A stretch of 60,603 nt of DNA, taken from Lentisphaeria bacterium (GTDB taxonomy: Bacteria > Verrucomicrobiota > Lentisphaeria > Victivallales > Victivallaceae). The stretch is from contig JAFSYV010000225.1 in assembly GCA_017443585.1 (NCBI GenBank), positions 1-60,603 of the forward strand, given 5' to 3'. A program made the position numbers and the translations under genes. Below the pieces are notes generated by a model. The model had not been told where the DNA came from. It saw nothing but the letters and a program-made list of their open reading frames with translations, and made no database searches. Below, piece by piece: positions 41,712-50,333 of the stretch (positions are counted from its first letter, which is position 1; every line of letters begins with the position of its first letter).

Positions 41712-44700
41712 ATGAAACACTGGATTTGCGCGCTTCTTCTCTGCTGTGCTTTCGCATCGAAGGCCGACCCCTTCACCCCCGGCGGTATCGCGGTGGACTG
41801 GAGCAAGTACGACCCGAAGGAAAAAGCCCTGCCCACGCAGGTCAATCTGATGAGGAACGGCTCTTTCGAGATGCCCGGTACCGTGCTCAACGGCTGGGCC
41901 GGGAAACAGCACTGGGTGGGGTGGGCCCACGTCCACGCCGGGACGACGGACCCGAAGATCAAGGCGCTGCGCGAGAAGTTCGGCAAGGCCGTTTCCCGGA
42001 GCGTCAGCGACAAGTACGCTTCCGACGGCAAATTTTCCGCCTTTCTCTGCAGTCCCGAGTCCTTCAAGAACGCGGCGAGCCCCCTGCCCATGCTTTCCAA
42101 CAAGATCAAGCAGACGGTCCCGGTGGAGCAGGGCAAGGGCTCCGGCCGTTACCGTTTCGTCTTTTCGCTCCGGGGCCGCCACGCCGTGACCATGCCCCAT
42201 GCGGGGGCTCTCGTGGTCCAGCTCCATGGGGAAAAGAAGGGGCCCAAGGGCAAGTACGTCGCGGCGGGCAAGGTGGCCCAGAGCAATTTCCTGCTCCGGC
42301 CCGAATGGGTCCGCAAGCAGTGCGACATCATTCTGCCTCCTGACGCCACGGCGATCAGCGTGACCATCAGCCTCTACGGCCTCGGCGAGGCGTGGATCGA
42401 CGACTGCCGCCTCTTCCCCGCCGAGGCGGGCCAGACCGCCGCCGACCGGGTACGGGTCCGCCTGTCCCCCTATGAACTGCTGGACAACACCTGGTGCATC
42501 GGCGAAGGACTCCCCGGCGTCATGAACTTCGCTTTTCACGCCGAAAACTTGAAATTCCCCCGGAAGGCCCAGAAGCTGGAACTCACGTTGCCGCCCGGCT
42601 TCACGGCGGTGGACTGCCGGGACGTGTGCACCCTTTCGGGCGGGGAGAACAACGTCTGGCATCTGGACCTCATGCGCATGGGGCGGGGGGCCTTTCAGGA
42701 CTGGTACATGCTCCAGTCCGCCTCGGTCATGGTGACGAGCACCCTCAAGAGTTCGGAAAGGCTCTACACCGGGACCTACCGCCTCGTGGACGGGGACTGG
42801 AAGGGACGTCTCCACGAATTCAAGCTCAAGGTGATCCCCGCCTTCCGGGGTGTGCGGCCGAAGATGTTCCGTTCCGCGGCCATGCTGGGGCATGAATTCA
42901 CCTTCAAAGGCGCGGGCCGGGAAAAGATCGCGGAGTTTTACCTGAAAAGCGGCTTTTCCTGCATTCACGGCGCCAAGCCGGATCTGGCCGCGCGGATGAA
43001 GCAGGCCGGGCTCCCGCGGTACAGCGCCCACTATTATCTCTGCAACGGCTTCCGTCTCGGGGGCGCGCCCAAGCCCGAATCGGTCCAGTTCAAGATGGTG
43101 GACGGCAAACCCTTCCCCCGGAAGATCTGCCCCGTCGAGGTCTATACCCGCGGGCCCTACTACATGAAGGAGATCTACGAGAAGATCCTCAAGAAGAACA
43201 TTGTCGACGACGACGTGACCGACTTTTTCATGACCAACTGGGAGCCCTATTATCTGGACTCCAAGGGCTGTTTCTGCGACCGCTGCCGCGACGAGTTCAT
43301 CAAGTACTCCAAGGGGAAGCCTTCCAAAGAGGAGATCATGGCGGTCTGGCCCGCGGGACTGCTCCGGAAGTACGGCGACGAATACTTCAAGTTCCGCTCC
43401 CGGCAGCACGGCCGTCTGGTGGTGACGATCCACAAGGACGCCGCCGCTTTGGGCAGGAGCAAGGGCAAGGAGGCGGGCTTCGTGCCGGAGATCTCGTGGC
43501 GAAGCGTCACGTATGAAGGCAACGCCTACTGCCGTCAGTACAACGTCAAGGACTACATGTACGAACTGCCCTGGCTGGAGCCCTGGGGGCCCTACGTCAT
43601 CAACCGGGCGGGCCAGCCCTACAACTACTACCCGGCGGTCCATCTTTCCACCTATGTGGCGGCGGGGATGATGAAAAAGTTCATCCTCGACCATTTCAAG
43701 GGCCGCAAGGCTCCCGGCATGATCGCTTTCCCCCACAGTTTTCAGGGGAACGACTGGGTGACGGAGCCCGAGGCGCTGGCCTTCGAGATGCTCTGCTTCT
43801 TCGTCCGGGGTTGGGAAGGGGTTTTCTGCTACTACTTCCCCCGCGGCTACGACTACCGCCATTGGCGGGCCATGGCCGAGGCCAACACGACCATCGCCCG
43901 GTATGAAGAGTTCACTTTCAGGGGGAAGAACGACAACTCCGGCGTCAAGCTCACGGGGCTCACCCCGTTCCCCGAAAAACTCTACTACGCCCCCGGCGTC
44001 GAAGAACCCGAGGAGGGCGTCGGGCGCTTCCCCGGATTGAGCAAGATGGGGCCCCTCCAGTTCCAGACCTGGCGATATAAGGACGAGATCCTCGTCTGCG
44101 CGGGCAACTTCTGGCAGAAAGGGGAACATTTCTTCAAACTTCAGATTTCCGGGCTCGACGGGAGCAGAAAGTACGGGGTCAACGTCTCCGGAACGAATTG
44201 CGGCAACTTCACCGGTGCGGAACTGGCCAAGGGTATCCTTATGCAGGTCGGAGCGCTGCGCTGGCAGTTCATCCGCATCGGGAAACCCGCGGCGGATCCC
44301 GTCGGGTTCTCGCAGGCCGACATGAAACAGCTCATGGCCCGGCGTCTGCCGGAGATCCGGAAACTCGTCGCGTGGGAAAAGGCACAGTACGCGAAATTGC
44401 AGTCCGGCGCCCAGGCGGAAAATTCCCCCGTGGACTACGCCGCCCTCAAGCAGGTCGCTTCCGCGGCCGTCACCGTGGTTCCCGCGAAGAACAATCTGAC
44501 GGTCAAGACGCCCGCCTATACCCTCACCGTGGAGCCGGGGCAGGGGGGCAGGATCCACGACTGGCAGAGCGCCGGGACGGTGCTCGTCGCTCCCCGCAAG
44601 ATCTTCGGCTTCGCCGTGGCGGGCTTCTGGTATCCCCCGAAGTCGGCGCTCCAGCTCCGCTCCGCCATGAAGCTCGAAGGGATCGTCCCCGTGAAGGAGG

Positions 44701-45230
44701 GCGTCGAAGTGCGCCTTTCCCGGATCCTTACGGCCAAGGATTCCCCCAAGTTCGGCGGACTCAAGTTCGAGATCACCCACCTCTTCACCAAAGACGGCGT
44801 CGTCACCCGGACGAAGATCACCAATCTGCTCCACGATGCCGTGGAGTTCGCCTTCCGCTACCACAACATGCCCGCCCTTCTCGGCAAGCAGCAGGGGGAA
44901 AACGGCTCCATCCGCTTCGCTTCGGATGAGACCTTCCAGCGGGACTTCGACCAGAAGCTCATCACCGTCGGCAAGGAGGATCCCGTGCTGGAAAGCGCCT
45001 TCAAGATCGTCCGGCGGGTCTGCAAGGCGGGGAAACTCCCCGCGGTGCTGAGTTCTCCCAAGTGCGGAACGGCCCTTGAGCTGGCCTTCCCGGCGACGCC
45101 TCACTCCGTGGTGGTCTGGGACGACGTCCGGCAGGACGTGCCCACCTTCGAGCCGGTCTTCCCGCGCACCCAGCTGGATCCGGGTAAATCCGCCGAATTC
45201 GTCATGCGGGCGACGCTGAAAAAGAAATGA
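41712..45230 (+). CDS. large secreted protein (1172 aa): N-terminal CBM4_9-like module, then a domain distantly related to the DUF4838-like paralogs
   Basis: ATG at 41712 with an AAGGAAAAAGG RBS. Signal-like MKHWICALLLCCAFASKA. NGSFE...W...IDDCRLF is CBM-like. Contains the same CxCxxC block (CFCDRCRDEF) as the four DUF4838-like proteins. Confidence 0.75.
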   Translation: MKHWICALLLCCAFASKADPFTPGGIAVDWSKYDPKEKALPTQVNLMRNGSFEMPGTVLNGWAGKQHWVGWAHVHAGTTDPKIKALREKFGKAVSRSVSDKYASDGKFSAFLCSPESFKNAASPLPMLSNKIKQTVPVEQGKGSGRYRFVFSLRGRHAVTMPHAGALVVQLHGEKKGPKGKYVAAGKVAQSNFLLRPEWVRKQCDIILPPDATAISVTISLYGLGEAWIDDCRLFPAEAGQTAADRVRVRLSPYELLDNTWCIGEGLPGVMNFAFHAENLKFPRKAQKLELTLPPGFTAVDCRDVCTLSGGENNVWHLDLMRMGRGAFQDWYMLQSASVMVTSTLKSSERLYTGTYRLVDGDWKGRLHEFKLKVIPAFRGVRPKMFRSAAMLGHEFTFKGAGREKIAEFYLKSGFSCIHGAKPDLAARMKQAGLPRYSAHYYLCNGFRLGGAPKPESVQFKMVDGKPFPRKICPVEVYTRGPYYMKEIYEKILKKNIVDDDVTDFFMTNWEPYYLDSKGCFCDRCRDEFIKYSKGKPSKEEIMAVWPAGLLRKYGDEYFKFRSRQHGRLVVTIHKDAAALGRSKGKEAGFVPEISWRSVTYEGNAYCRQYNVKDYMYELPWLEPWGPYVINRAGQPYNYYPAVHLSTYVAAGMMKKFILDHFKGRKAPGMIAFPHSFQGNDWVTEPEALAFEMLCFFVRGWEGVFCYYFPRGYDYRHWRAMAEANTTIARYEEFTFRGKNDNSGVKLTGLTPFPEKLYYAPGVEEPEEGVGRFPGLSKMGPLQFQTWRYKDEILVCAGNFWQKGEHFFKLQISGLDGSRKYGVNVSGTNCGNFTGAELAKGILMQVGALRWQFIRIGKPAADPVGFSQADMKQLMARRLPEIRKLVAWEKAQYAKLQSGAQAENSPVDYAALKQVASAAVTVVPAKNNLTVKTPAYTLTVEPGQGGRIHDWQSAGTVLVAPRKIFGFAVAGFWYPPKSALQLRSAMKLEGIVPVKEGVEVRLSRILTAKDSPKFGGLKFEITHLFTKDGVVTRTKITNLLHDAVEFAFRYHNMPALLGKQQGENGSIRFASDETFQRDFDQKLITVGKEDPVLESAFKIVRRVCKAGKLPAVLSSPKCGTALELAFPATPHSVVVWDDVRQDVPTFEPVFPRTQLDPGKSAEFVMRATLKKK

Positions 45231-45272
45231 ACAGTCAATTCCCCTCGCGGGACAATTTGTGAAAGGAACGAA

Positions 45273-46583
45273 ATGATGTTGAAGTATCTTCTCCCCGGTC
45301 TCGCCATCCTCTCCCTCGGAGCGGCGGAAACCTTCTTCCCCGTCGAGGATCCCCGGCCGGGAAACTGGTTCGTCAATTCCGTCCGGCACAGCCGCCCGAC
45401 GGCGGAAAAGTTCTACCGGGAAAAACTGGACAAACTCGACCCCCGTCCCGTCCGGGCCCAGTGGGCCGAACTGTACCACCAGATGATCGAACAGCGCTTC
45501 GTCAGCAACCGCCTCGAAGAGGAGGCCATCGAAAAGGCCCTGGGCTGGCCCAAAGGGGACTTCACCTGGCACAATCACAAGTTCTACACCCGCACGGGCT
45601 GCACCTCGTGGATCATCGCCCCCGACGCCTCCTCAACCGGGGCGTGCATCGTCCAGAAGAACCGGGACTACACCGGGCAGAACCTCTTGAGCGTCCGGCT
45701 CTTCCGGGCCGCTCCGGGGCGGTACAAGGTCCTCACCGTGACCGATCTCTGGAATACGGGCGCGGGCGCCGCCATGAACGAAAAAGGGGTGATGATCGTC
45801 CAGAACGACGCCTCCAACAAGGACAGTTTGTACCGTTCCGTCACCACGGGCTGCATCTTCATCCTCCGCTACATCGCGGAAAACTGCGCCACGAAGGATG
45901 AAGCCGTCTCCTGCCTCAAGGAGTTCTACCGCTCCGGCATCGCCCGGTCGGGCTCCATCTACCTCATCGCCGATCTGAACAGCGGCGCCATCGTCGAGGC
46001 CACCGCCCGGCGCGTGGCCGGCGCGGACCTGGATTTCGCCTTCGAAGCAAGGGCCAACAACCTGCTGCTGCCGGGGATGCGGAACTCAGTCATCAACAAG
46101 CGCGAAAACTTTCTCAAGGGCGCCAACCGCCGTTTTGCCGCCTCGGAGTTCCTCCGCAAGACCCTGCAGGAAAAAGGCCGCATCGCCCCGCAGGATCTGA
46201 TGCGCCTCGCCCGGTTCCGGGACCCCGAAGATGAAAAGGCAGGCTACCGGCAGGTGTGCATGAAGAATACGCTGGCCAGCACCATGATGGTCCCCGACCG
46301 GATGTTCCCCGACTTCCTGAGCGTGGCCTTCGTGGCCCTGGGGCCCACCCGGCACACGGTCTTCGTCCCCATCCCCATGGGGGTGAGCAAGATGCCCGAA
46401 TCCCTCGTGGACGGCGAGTGGGGGACCGCCGCGCTGGCACTGGCGAAAAAGCTCCCTCTCGACCACAACCGTCTGCCCGAGTTCGAAGCTCTGGAAAAGA
46501 AGTTCATTGACGAGTTCTTCACCGCCCGCGAGGCGGCGCGCAAACTGCTCCTCACCCGGAAGAAGAACGACGCCGTCAAGTAG
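45273..46583 (+). CDS. peptidase C45 / Ntn-hydrolase-like protein (acyl-CoA:6-APA acyltransferase family-like)
   Basis: 436 aa. Signal-like N-terminus. TGCTSWIIAP carries a candidate nucleophile Cys. Ends at a TAG that is followed in frame by 39 further coding-like codons (see findings). Confidence 0.75.
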   Translation: MMLKYLLPGLAILSLGAAETFFPVEDPRPGNWFVNSVRHSRPTAEKFYREKLDKLDPRPVRAQWAELYHQMIEQRFVSNRLEEEAIEKALGWPKGDFTWHNHKFYTRTGCTSWIIAPDASSTGACIVQKNRDYTGQNLLSVRLFRAAPGRYKVLTVTDLWNTGAGAAMNEKGVMIVQNDASNKDSLYRSVTTGCIFILRYIAENCATKDEAVSCLKEFYRSGIARSGSIYLIADLNSGAIVEATARRVAGADLDFAFEARANNLLLPGMRNSVINKRENFLKGANRRFAASEFLRKTLQEKGRIAPQDLMRLARFRDPEDEKAGYRQVCMKNTLASTMMVPDRMFPDFLSVAFVALGPTRHTVFVPIPMGVSKMPESLVDGEWGTAALALAKKLPLDHNRLPEFEALEKKFIDEFFTAREAARKLLLTRKKNDAVK

Positions 46584-46720
46584 CTGGACGACCTCTTCGC
46601 CCGTCAGTACGAGGAAGCCAAGGCCTTCATCGCCAAGGTGACCGCCGAGACCCCCGCCCCCAAGCCGGAGGCCCCGAAGCCGCAGGAAAACAAGACAAAG
46701 TAAATCGGAGGAGTCGAATC

Positions 46721-47746
46721 ATGTGCGTCTGGACCGCCTATACGGGCAGGAAGCAGGCCGCCCCCGTCATCATGGAGGCGCTGAAGAAGATCGAAGGCTA
46801 CTGGGCCGGATTCTACACCGGGCTGGCCGTCTGCGACAAGGGCTCGATCCGTTTCGACAAGTGCGCCGGCCATACGGGCATTTTCGAGCGGCAGTTTTCG
46901 CTGAAGGACTATCCGGGGACCACGGGCATCGCCCACAGCCGGACCAACTCCGGCGGCGGGGCCAACCGGGCTCATCCCTTCGTGGGGACCGAAGGCAAGG
47001 TCGCCCTCGTGTCGCAAGGGTCGCTGGGGGTGTTCGCCGAAGATGCGCCGAAAGATTACGGCGCCGAACTCCGGCGGCTCTACGCCGCGGGCCGCCGGAT
47101 GCGCAGCGGTTCCCTGCCGGAGCTGGGCATGCGTCCCAATCCCGACTTCACCGCCCCCGACGGCATGCAGATCTCCCTTTCGGACGTCGTGGTCAACGTG
47201 ATCGAAGAGGAGTACATGAACTCCGGCGACATGATCCGTGCCATGCGCCGGGCCGGAGCCTTTTTGCGCGAAGAATCCTGCTCCATCTGCATCTTCGCGG
47301 ACAAGCCCGGCGTGATCGGCTTCATCAACATGAACCAGCGGGTCTGTTACGCCTTCGAAAAGGACGGCGTCTACATGGGCAACACCATGGCCGCGTTCCC
47401 CGGAAATTTCATGGAGATCCCCGGCAACTCCGTGGGCTACGTGACGGCGGAAGGGGAGTTTCACCGGGAAAATCTGGGCGATTTCGAAATCGAGACGGCC
47501 ATTCCCGACGGACTGGTCCCGGCGGCGATCCGGTGTCTCCGGGAAAATCCGGGGATGCTGCTGGGCCATCTGTGCGACCGGGCCCTGCGGCCCCTTTTCG
47601 GCAAAGGTGTGCTGGACTACCACTCCACGGGCGCTTACAGCACCCTCGAAGCGCTGATCCAAGCCGGCATGGTGCGTTACGAAACGGCGGAAGTCATGGG
47701 GCAGTCGGGCGTGGTCGGCCGCAGCTTCAAATGGTTTCTCAAGTGA
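46721..47746 (+). CDS. class-II (Ntn) glutamine-amidotransferase-like protein
   Basis: 341 aa. MC at the N-terminus (Cys2 nucleophile position). GIAHSRTNSGG.....HPF block as in GATase_2 domains. GGAGGAG RBS. Confidence 0.7.
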   Translation: MCVWTAYTGRKQAAPVIMEALKKIEGYWAGFYTGLAVCDKGSIRFDKCAGHTGIFERQFSLKDYPGTTGIAHSRTNSGGGANRAHPFVGTEGKVALVSQGSLGVFAEDAPKDYGAELRRLYAAGRRMRSGSLPELGMRPNPDFTAPDGMQISLSDVVVNVIEEEYMNSGDMIRAMRRAGAFLREESCSICIFADKPGVIGFINMNQRVCYAFEKDGVYMGNTMAAFPGNFMEIPGNSVGYVTAEGEFHRENLGDFEIETAIPDGLVPAAIRCLRENPGMLLGHLCDRALRPLFGKGVLDYHSTGAYSTLEALIQAGMVRYETAEVMGQSGVVGRSFKWFLK

Positions 47747-47754
47747 GGGGGAAT

Positions 47755-48546
47755 ATGGACAGCTCTTCACTCATCGTCGGCTCCTATAATTTGCGGACGC
47801 CCGGCTCCAACGACCCCTGGCCCAACGACTGGCGGAGCCGGATCCCCCGCATCCGCAAGACCTGCGCCGGGGCGGGCTTCCACGTCTGGGGCGCACAGGA
47901 AACGGTCGACTTCTACGACGAACCCATCTGCCGGGACACGCCTTACAAAAGCATCGGCTGCGGCCGCTGCGAAAGGGCCGACGGTGAGGCATGCCACATC
48001 TATTACGACGCCGTCCGTCTGGCTCCGCTCCGGACGGAGACCTTCTGGCTCACGGCCACCCCGGAGCGCTATTCGATCATTCCCGGGGCCACCTATCCCC
48101 GGATCGCCGTCGCGGCGGTCTTTCTCGACCGGGAAACGGGGGCGCGCTTCATCTTCTGCACCACTCACCTGGAGCATCGGGTGAAGGAGCTTCAACGGGG
48201 GCAGATGGAGTACCTTTTCGCCCACTTGGAGCGGACGTTCCCGCAACTGCCCCTCATCCTGACCGGGGACTTCAACGCCTTTCCCGGGGCTCCGGTTGTG
48301 GAGTACACCGCGTCGAAGCTCCGGGACGCCCGCGCTTTATCGGCGACTCCCGTTTCGTACGACGGCCCCACCTATCACGGTTACGAATCCGACCCGTCCA
48401 AGAGGAAACACACCGGACCCATCGACTACATCTTCGTTTCGGAGCGGATCCGGGTAAAGAGTTTCGAAGTCGTCGACGACTTCGACGGTGCGAAGCGCGC
48501 CTCGTCGGACCATTTTCCGCTCCGGGCCGAGATGGTGCTTCCCTGA
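47755..48546 (+). CDS. endonuclease/exonuclease/phosphatase (EEP) family protein
   Basis: 263 aa from the ATG at 47755 (GAGGGGGA RBS). SYNLR near the N-terminus, GDFN, and the terminal SDHFPL motif. Confidence 0.85.
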   Translation: MDSSSLIVGSYNLRTPGSNDPWPNDWRSRIPRIRKTCAGAGFHVWGAQETVDFYDEPICRDTPYKSIGCGRCERADGEACHIYYDAVRLAPLRTETFWLTATPERYSIIPGATYPRIAVAAVFLDRETGARFIFCTTHLEHRVKELQRGQMEYLFAHLERTFPQLPLILTGDFNAFPGAPVVEYTASKLRDARALSATPVSYDGPTYHGYESDPSKRKHTGPIDYIFVSERIRVKSFEVVDDFDGAKRASSDHFPLRAEMVLP

Positions 48547-48595
48547 AGAACAATCGTCCCCGCGCACATTTTTCGCACTTTTCCCCGCTCCGGGG

Positions 48596-48624
48596 TTGAA
48601 TTTTCCGAAATCATGTGCTATATT
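48596..48624 (+). promoter_or_regulatory. sigma70-type promoter of tRNA-Ser
   Basis: TTGAAT, 17 nt, TATATT, preceded by GTGC. The -10 ends 16 nt before the mature tRNA 5' end. Confidence 0.62.
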
Positions 48625-48640
48625 AGACGAAACACCTGAC

Positions 48641-48728
48641 GGAGAGATGGTCGAGTGGACGAAGGCGCCACATTGGAAATGTGGTGTGGGGCAACTCACC
48701 GAGGGTTCGAATCCCTCTCTCTCCGCCA
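48641..48728 (+). tRNA. tRNA-Ser(GGA): tRNA-Ser (anticodon GGA), CCA encoded
   Basis: Folded by eye. Acceptor GGAGAGA/TCTCTCC. Anticodon stem CCACA/TGTGG with loop TTGGAAA. Long variable arm. T-arm GAGGG-TTCGAAT-CCCTC. Discriminator G followed by CCA. Confidence 0.92.
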
Positions 48729-48777
48729 TTTTTTGTGCTCAAAAAATGGCGAACGAAGCCGCAAGGCTTCACTTCAC
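48723..48777 (+). repeat. direct repeat, left copy (tRNA-Ser 3' end plus 49 nt downstream)
   Basis: CCGCCATTTTTTGTGCTCAAAAAATGGCGAACGAAGCCGCAAGGCTTCACTTCAC. Identical at 48 of 55 positions, without gaps, to 50279-50333. Contains the hairpin GCCATTTTTT/AAAAAATGGC. Confidence 0.85.
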
Positions 48778-48976
48778 TGTGCGAAGCACAACTTCACTCA
48801 AAAGGCGAAGCCTTTTCTTCACATCTTCACTTTCCCGGCAAGCCTTGCTTGCTTGTCACGCCATAGCCTTCGGCGAAGGCGGATGAAGGCGCTTCATTTC
48901 ATTCCGCTTGTGAAGACGTTTCGCTGGCGCTTCACTTGTGAAGTTTGCTCCCTGCGGGAGAGCGGATGGTGTTTCA
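48766..48976. repeat. array of (G/A/T)CTTCA(C/T) heptamers and their complements, interspersed with short hairpins (array 1)
   Basis: Motif starts, forward orientation: 48766, 48771, 48791, 48816, 48824, 48891, 48929, 48970. Inverted orientation: 48883, 48910, 48939. Several spacings are 19-25 bp. Confidence 0.7.
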
Positions 48977-49182
48977 TCTGTTTTGCGCGGCTTCGCCGCT
49001 TAAAAATCGTCCACCCAGACACGCTTTGAGCTCGCGAATTGACACCAGTCGGTCGATTTAACCTATTATTCACTGGGGTTGCATACCTCTCAAAAATCGT
49101 TTTTTGAAAATCAACTCGGCTCGGTGCAATTCGGGGGGCGGCGAAACTCTCGATAACTGTAATCAATCGCCATTTTGAAAAC

Positions 49183-49956
49183 TTATTTTAATGTCCCGTC
49201 ATCACTCTGATAATAATACGTTGGAATGAGTTTGAAAATCCGGTTCCAAATATGCATTATGGTTTCCCTTGTCTGCGGGGGTTGACCGGAATGTTTCAGA
49301 CATTCGCAGGCATTTTTCATCCCCGTGCTGTCGTCTCCGGAATCAGGAGGGACCTCATCGAAATATACCCGGATGTCTCCGTCGAAGCATTTCCCGACCA
49401 GATCAGTATCCCTGTTGATAAGATAATCCATGCTCATATAAAGAATCTGCTCATGGTCCATCATGTCTGCCTTATCCCAATAGTCTTTCGTACCATTGAT
49501 TCTTGCCTTGACATTCGGAAGTATCCATATCATATGGATATTGTTCTTGTCATAGCCTGTTTCCAGCAACGCTTTGCACAGACATTCAAATGTACCCCAA
49601 TCGTTCAATTGTGTGCTGAATATAAGATTCGGCTTCTGCCCCGATACAAGTTGTCTGAAAAAATCATTCGTCTCGAAAAATTCCAGCGCCGCATCAAAAA
49701 CAGGGTGATGCTCACCGGCGTTCAATAATCCCTGTGTCGCCTCCCGCGTCGGCAGTATATTCAGTTTTTTACAATTTATCAGAAAAACTCTAGCAGTAAT
49801 GAGAGGAGAACCGAATTTATATCCTCCGCAAAAAGTCTGGTCCGGATTTATTACGCCTCCAATGCCAAATCTGTTGACATATTTTTCCGTATCGGCATTA
49901 TATGACGCAATGAAAAAAAACCTGGTTGGCCGAAGGATAAGACATCTCTTGTGCAA
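49183..49956 (-). CDS. hypothetical protein encoded in the AT-rich islet (possibly degraded)
   Basis: 257-aa ORF with a TTG start and low GC. I recognise no motif. An out-of-frame ATG at 49963 joins this frame if one T is removed from a run of 8 T residues (minus strand) about 40 nt downstream. Confidence 0.45.
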   Translation of the reverse strand: MHKRCLILRPTRFFFIASYNADTEKYVNRFGIGGVINPDQTFCGGYKFGSPLITARVFLINCKKLNILPTREATQGLLNAGEHHPVFDAALEFFETNDFFRQLVSGQKPNLIFSTQLNDWGTFECLCKALLETGYDKNNIHMIWILPNVKARINGTKDYWDKADMMDHEQILYMSMDYLINRDTDLVGKCFDGDIRVYFDEVPPDSGDDSTGMKNACECLKHSGQPPQTRETIMHIWNRIFKLIPTYYYQSDDGTLK

Positions 49957-50278
49957 TTTTCATGTCCCCGTCCATTTCTTATTTCTCCTGTTTCCCTTGT
50001 TTATAGATTTATAATAATATACACGACATGAAAGCATTTTGCAAGTTCCGGAAGGCAAGAAGGCGGATGTTTCGAAACGGCTTTCTTCCATGTTTGTCCG
50101 ACTCGGGAAAATTATCAGGATCTCTCCCGCCTTTTTCATTTCCAAGGTCTGCGATTCTGAGAAGCCTGAGGTGCAGGTGAACAGAATTTAAAAAGATTTC
50201 AATTCTGTTTTCGTCGTAACTCGGCATTTTTACGCAGAGAAAAGTGAAATCAGCAAGGGTATCTCGTTTTCGAACTGA

Positions 50279-50333
50279 CCGCCATTTTTTTTGCTTAAAA
50301 AATGGCGAATGAAGCCGTCAGGCTTCGCTTCAT
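50279..50333 (+). repeat. direct repeat, right copy
   Basis: CCGCCATTTTTTTTGCTTAAAAAATGGCGAATGAAGCCGTCAGGCTTCGCTTCAT. Identical to 48723-48777 at 48 of 55 positions. Confidence 0.85.

Larger units (their letters stand above)
48729..50278. mobile_element. tRNA-Ser-adjacent islet bounded by 55-bp direct repeats (degenerate integrated element; no integrase present)
   Basis: Bounded by the direct repeats. The core 49020-50280 is visibly AT-rich, roughly 40% GC by eye against about 60% in the flanks. A third partial copy of the repeat start (CGCCATTTT) lies at 49168-49176. The islet holds a single atypical ORF. Confidence 0.45.

Noticed and set aside
41682-45578. A 1298-aa ORF on the minus strand, one of many very long antisense ORFs in the track. 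Others: 286..2835(+), 8105..10654(+), 12758..14653(+), 15610..18066(+), 19234..21090(+), 24475..26031(-), 31426..33150(-), 39367..41757(-), 50767..52290(-), 55846..57606(-), 58765..60369(-).
   Set aside because: These lie antisense to genes with clear family motifs, signal peptides and RBS. Their translations are Gly/Arg/Pro/Ala/Val/Glu-rich low-complexity sequence typical of stop-free antisense frames in high-GC DNA. None has an RBS or promoter, and several span two real genes plus an intergenic region.
48929-48945. CTTCACTTGTGAAG considered as a parS-like centromere site.
   Set aside because: It differs from the TGTTTCAC-GTGAAACA consensus in both arms and has a 2-nt spacer. No parAB genes are present. 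It fits better as one inverted pair of the local heptamer motif.
50009-50227. Small ORFs (72 aa and 61 aa) in the AT-rich islet.
   Set aside because: They have no RBS, overlap each other in different frames, and have low-complexity composition. The evidence is insufficient to call them.
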